Shown here: positions 7,071 to 10,719 of the stretch, piece by piece
Layout of the letters: each line of letters begins with the position of its first letter
Position numbering within the stretch: the first letter of the stretch is position 1
Assembly: GCA_054661495.1 (NCBI GenBank)
Contig: BAAFSQ010000317.1
Span: 1 to 10,719 of the forward strand
DNA length: 10,719 nucleotides
Origin: Zygophlyctis sp. KS116
Taxonomy: Eukaryota > Fungi > Chytridiomycota
Direction of reading: 5' to 3'
Notes under the pieces: model-generated
Seen by the model: only the letters and a program-made list of their open reading frames with translations
Databases searched by the model: none
Told to the model about the DNA's origin: nothing
Position numbers and translations under genes: made by a program

Positions 7071-9380
7071 ATGACAAATTTAAGCTTTTACCAAAAGACT
7101 CTTCTAATTGACCATAATGACTCTTATACATTTAATTTATATCATCTTTGTAAATCCATTACAAAAGGTGATATTGTAGTTGTGAATTATCAGTAACTTT
7201 TATAAAGTCAAACTATAGATCGCCTTTAATTGATCAGTTGGTGCCACATTTTGATAATATTATTCTATCGCCGGGTCCAGGTTGTCCGGAAAGAGATTTT
7301 AATTCTAAAGTCTTTGAATTGGTTCAATGTCCGGTTTTAGGAATTTGTTTGGGACATCAGGCTATAGGAAGTTATTATGGTTCTAAAGTAGATCATGGTC
7401 TACAGCCAATGCATGGAAAAATAAGTAAAATGATTCATTCAGGAGATTTGTTTTTTAATGGAATTCCAAGGGAATTTTTAGCGGTTGAATATCATTCACT
7501 GATTATCAAAGAAATTCAGGAACCACTTCAAGTAATTTGTATAGACTCATCAAATGTGATTATGGGAATAAAGCATGCAACTTTACCAATTTATGGAATT
7601 CAATTTCATCCAGAGGTATCGTTTTAACGTTAAATCTTTAGTCTATTTGTTCGCAGTATGGTGATTTACTCCTACAGAATTTTTATCAGTTAACTCCAAA
7701 GATTTCTTCATCAGATCCATTGCCTAATTGGATAATGAAACATCATTTAATTCCAAAACCATTGATTGAGTTTGCTTCTGAAAGGCAAACAGATTCTCTT
7801 AAAGTTTTTGTGAAGAAATTAAATTATTTTGGAAATTTGGACTGTCAAGAGGTTTACTCTAGGCTTTATCAGGACAAAACGTATGCGTTTTTTCTTGATT
7901 CTGCAAAAATTCATAATGATCGTGGAAGATTCTCTTTCTTAGGATGTGCGGATGGACCCTTGGCATATTCTGTTTCATATAAAGTCGGGTCTAGCCAAGT
8001 TGAAACTTTTAAAAGTGGGGAAGAAAGAGCAATACATTTTCCATTAGAAACTGAAAATTCATTTTTTAAATGGATTTCTCAAAAAATAACTGATTCTAAA
8101 GTGGATCCATCAGAAATTGCATTTGAAAATTGCTCTAATGTACCATTTGATTTTTTTGGCGGATATGTAGGGAATTTCGGTTACGAGATGAAACAAGAAT
8201 GTTATCCAGAAACCGATTTCAAATTCAAAACTGCTTCGTGCATGTCTGATGTATCACTGCTGTTTATTGATAGGTTCATTGTGGTTGATCATATTGAAGC
8301 GTGTACTTATTTGGTTTTTCTACAAAATCCAAATACGAATGAATCAACTAATATAGCCTGGCTGGAAAAAACGGAAATGGAGATAAATAAATGCCTAAAA
8401 GCATCATTTACAGTGGATAAAAGTAGCACGCCGATACTAAATCAGTCAAAAAAGGCTTTCCTCGATATAACTTCACATCATGGCTCAAATGAATACATGA
8501 ATAATATAAGGGATTGTCTCGATTTCATTACAGACGGAGAGTCTTATGAGCTCTGTCTGACTACTCAGTTTTCATCAAATGTCGATTTGGGCAAAACTTC
8601 ACCTTGGGCTTTTTACAAATCACTTCGCCACAATAATCCTGCTCCTTATGGGGCTTACTTTGCATTTTCGGATTATGTTTTGGCATGTTCATCTCCAGAG
8701 TTATTCATGAAAGTTGATTCAAAATCGCAAGTTATCATGAAACCGATCAAAGGGACATTTCCTCGTGAACCACTCTTGGAGGGTCAAGATTATGCTGACT
8801 GGTTAAAGGGAGACTTGGCTGGCAAAGAAGCATTGTCAACTTCAGAGAAAGATCTCGCGGAGAATTTGATGGTACAATCTTAATTTTAATCATAGATTGT
8901 CGATCTTATTAGAAATGATTTAACGCTAGTTTCAAATCCTAATTCGGTCATAGTACCATCTTTGATGCAGGTGGAATCATATGCCACAGTTCATCAGCTG
9001 GTAAGTACGGTGAAGAGCGTTTTAAGACCAACCATGAATGCTGTTGATGCGCTCATGAGGTGTTTTCCTCCAGGTAAGAAGGATATTACTCAATCACAGG
9101 CTCAATGACCGGTGCCCCTAAATTAAGAAGTATGGAAATATTGGAAAATTTGGAGGATATGCCGCGGGGTCCATATTCTGGAATTTTTGGGTATTTATCT
9201 GTCACCGGAACATCTCAATTTAATGTAATCATTCGCAGTGCTGTATTTAATATAAAATCATCAGCAGTCTCGGTCGGAGCAGGAGGAGCAATTGTGTCTA
9301 GTAGTTCACCTAGAGGAGAATGGGACGAAATGCTTCTTAAATCAAACTCTGTTTTAAAAACACTTAAAGAATTGTATTAG
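7071..9380 (+). CDS. ABZ1: Aminodeoxychorismate (PABA) synthase, fused PabA-PabB, about 735 aa. Exons 7071-7192, 7219-7615, 7642-8871, 8896-9073, 9100-9380
   Basis: Glutamine amidotransferase motifs [26 protein letters not shown] and QFHPES. PabB motifs SSPE, PIKGT (Lys typical of ADC synthase), ENLM|IVDLIRNDL and FPPG|SMTGAPK. Introns of 26, 26, 24 and 26 nt leave 2208 nt in frame. Confidence 0.94.
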
Positions 9381-9396
9381 ATTTTCAAGTTTTTTT

Positions 9397-10231
9397 CTAA
9401 ACCAATAAAACTGCATTAATGCACTATTATATTACAGAATTAAAACATACCCCATCATTTTCTGGATTATTAGTGATTTGAGCATATTTCCCCCAAACCA
9501 CTTTCCCCGAAGTTGTAACCAGACCCAATTCTGATACATTGACTTCTATAACCGTCCCTTTAGTCATTACACCCAACTGTGTGTACATTGGAGAGCTAGG
9601 ATTCTTCTTAACTCCCAAAATAGGTAAACAGAAAGTGGCTTGTAACTCTGGATGACAAACATGAGCTTTTTTGTAACGAAGAGCCATTGGTCTAATAAAT
9701 CTTTCATACTTTGGAGGTTTTCTAGTAAATCCTTCACCAACAAATGTAGCTTTAGTAACGATTCTTTTCCATTGTTTTGCTAATAATAAATATTTTGGAA
9801 AAATTACTCTTTCTTTTTCCAGATTTTAAAACTTTAAATACTTCAGCTTCATCCATTCCCTTGACTTTTGGAAGGGGGACATCCCATTTTCCAGCCTTTT
9901 CCTTTCTCTTTTGTTTAATCATATTTGACAAGACTTTAGCTCTTGACTGATTCTCTCTATCGAGGAGGTAAGTAGGAACAGCCGTCTTATTGTTATCAGC
10001 CATTGAATGCTTATTAGATTTTTCAGAATGCATTTTAATCGTTTTCTTCATTTCAATCTTCTGAACATGCCTTGCTTTGTTGTAAAGTTTGGCTTTCAGA
10101 CCATGCAACTTTTGAGCTTTAGCAGACGATTCATGAACAGCCCTGGCTTCCTTTTTTCTTTTTCTTTCAAAATAATTCAGTTGTCGTCCATGCTTCTTGA
10201 TTGATTCTTGAATATACTCATTTTGAGGCAT
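9397..10231 (-). CDS. NSA2: 60S ribosome biogenesis protein Nsa2, about 259 aa. Exons 10231-9808, 9779-9451, 9423-9397
   Basis: MPQNEYI start, [49 protein letters not shown] and terminal NNPENDG|CINAVLLV*. Introns are 28 and 27 nt. Confidence 0.96.
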
Positions 10232-10548
10232 TTTGCAGTCAAAAAAAAATTGTAAAAAATAAAATTTTTCTCGTTTTTATCTTTTTTCAAAATTGGGATT
10301 TGTCCATTTCTCACTGTTAAACATTTTTTTGATTCTTCTTTAAATAATTATAAAAATTGTATCATAAAGTCCACGTTAATTGACTGTCAATAATTAAAGT
10401 CTCTAAAAAATGTAAACTCTTTAGAATTTATTAAAAGATTTCTAAAAAGATTAAAATTGAGTCATTTATTAAAAAAAACATTTAATCAAACAAGTGAGCG
10501 CACGTTCCACGTTTATATTTCATTTACGCAAAAAAAAAGTCTAAAAAT

Positions 10549-10553
10549 AAAAA
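10549..10553 (-). terminator. Pol III oligo(T) terminator of tRNA-Leu
   Basis: T5 run on the minus strand 3 nt after the tRNA 3' end, with a second T5 run just beyond. Confidence 0.7.
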
Positions 10554-10556
10554 GTT

Positions 10557-10638
10557 TGATCAGAGTGGGGTTCGAACCCACGCCACCGAAGTGAACAGGG
10601 CCTAAACCTGTCGCCTTAGACCACTCGGCCATCTGACC
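10557..10638 (-). tRNA. tRNA-Leu(UAG), intronless, long variable arm
   Basis: Reverse complement is GGTCAGATGGCCGAGTGGTCTAAGGCGACAGGTTTAGGCCCTGTTCACTTCGGTGGCGTGGGTTCGAACCCCACTCTGATCA. Anticodon stem ACAGG/CCTGT, loop TT-TAG-GC, variable arm CAC-TTCG-GTG. Confidence 0.96.
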
Positions 10639-10719
10639 TGATTGTTACGTTTTCTCGGACTAACACCAAATAAGATCGGATAGTGGATCTTATCAGTCAT
10701 TTTGTGAACTCCAACCAAG

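Noticed and set aside
7071-9380. Anthranilate synthase, a novel fusion, or a bacterial pab operon
   Set aside because: PIKGT points to ADC synthase, the PabA-PabB fusion is the normal fungal and plant form, and the gene has spliceosomal introns.
1443-10204. Track ORFs 1443-1682, 2505-2711, 3817-4026, 4023-4226, 5062-5307, 5216-5446, 6711-6944 and 10007-10204
   Set aside because: These are alternate-frame or antisense shadows of well-supported genes, with no recognisable motifs.
1469-10231. Fragmented ORFs read as pseudogenes, frameshifts or sequencing errors
   Set aside because: Every break is resolved by a GTA...AG segment of 23-32 nt, and all spliced lengths are multiples of 3.
10261-10270. 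RRPE-like element (GAAAAATTTT on the minus strand) upstream of NSA2
   Set aside because: It is biologically apt, but similar A/T words occur throughout these AT-rich spacers, so one instance is not enough.
10412-10437. Intron-like 26-mer (GTAAACTC...TTAAAAG) in the NSA2-tRNA-Leu spacer suggesting a hidden gene
   Set aside because: No start codon or recognisable peptide could be assembled, and such strings arise by chance in AT-rich DNA.

Overview
AT-rich, extremely gene-dense eukaryotic nuclear DNA in the standard genetic code. An early-diverging fungus (chytrid-like or a relative) is the likely source, but this is inference. The ORF track is fragmented because eight of the nine protein genes are split by ultra-short spliceosomal introns. 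I reconstructed 20 introns by hand, all GTA...AG, 23-32 nt long (mode 26). Gene order: tRNA-Phe(GAA)(-), AlkB-family dioxygenase(+), Prs1-type PRPP synthetase(+), HMG-box protein(-), prolyl-tRNA synthetase(-), SRP9(-, absent from the ORF track), SDH3(+), RPL37(+, absent from the ORF track), PabA-PabB fused ADC synthase ABZ1(+), NSA2(-), tRNA-Leu(UAG)(-). The main signals are a miniature-intron splicing system in a respiring, folate-synthesising organism; an in-frame stop in every intron whose length is a multiple of 3; intergenic gaps as short as 8-65 nt; a GC-rich tandem-repeat block before RPL37; and a decaying TTAGGG-type tract near the left edge. I saw no mobile element or CRISPR array.
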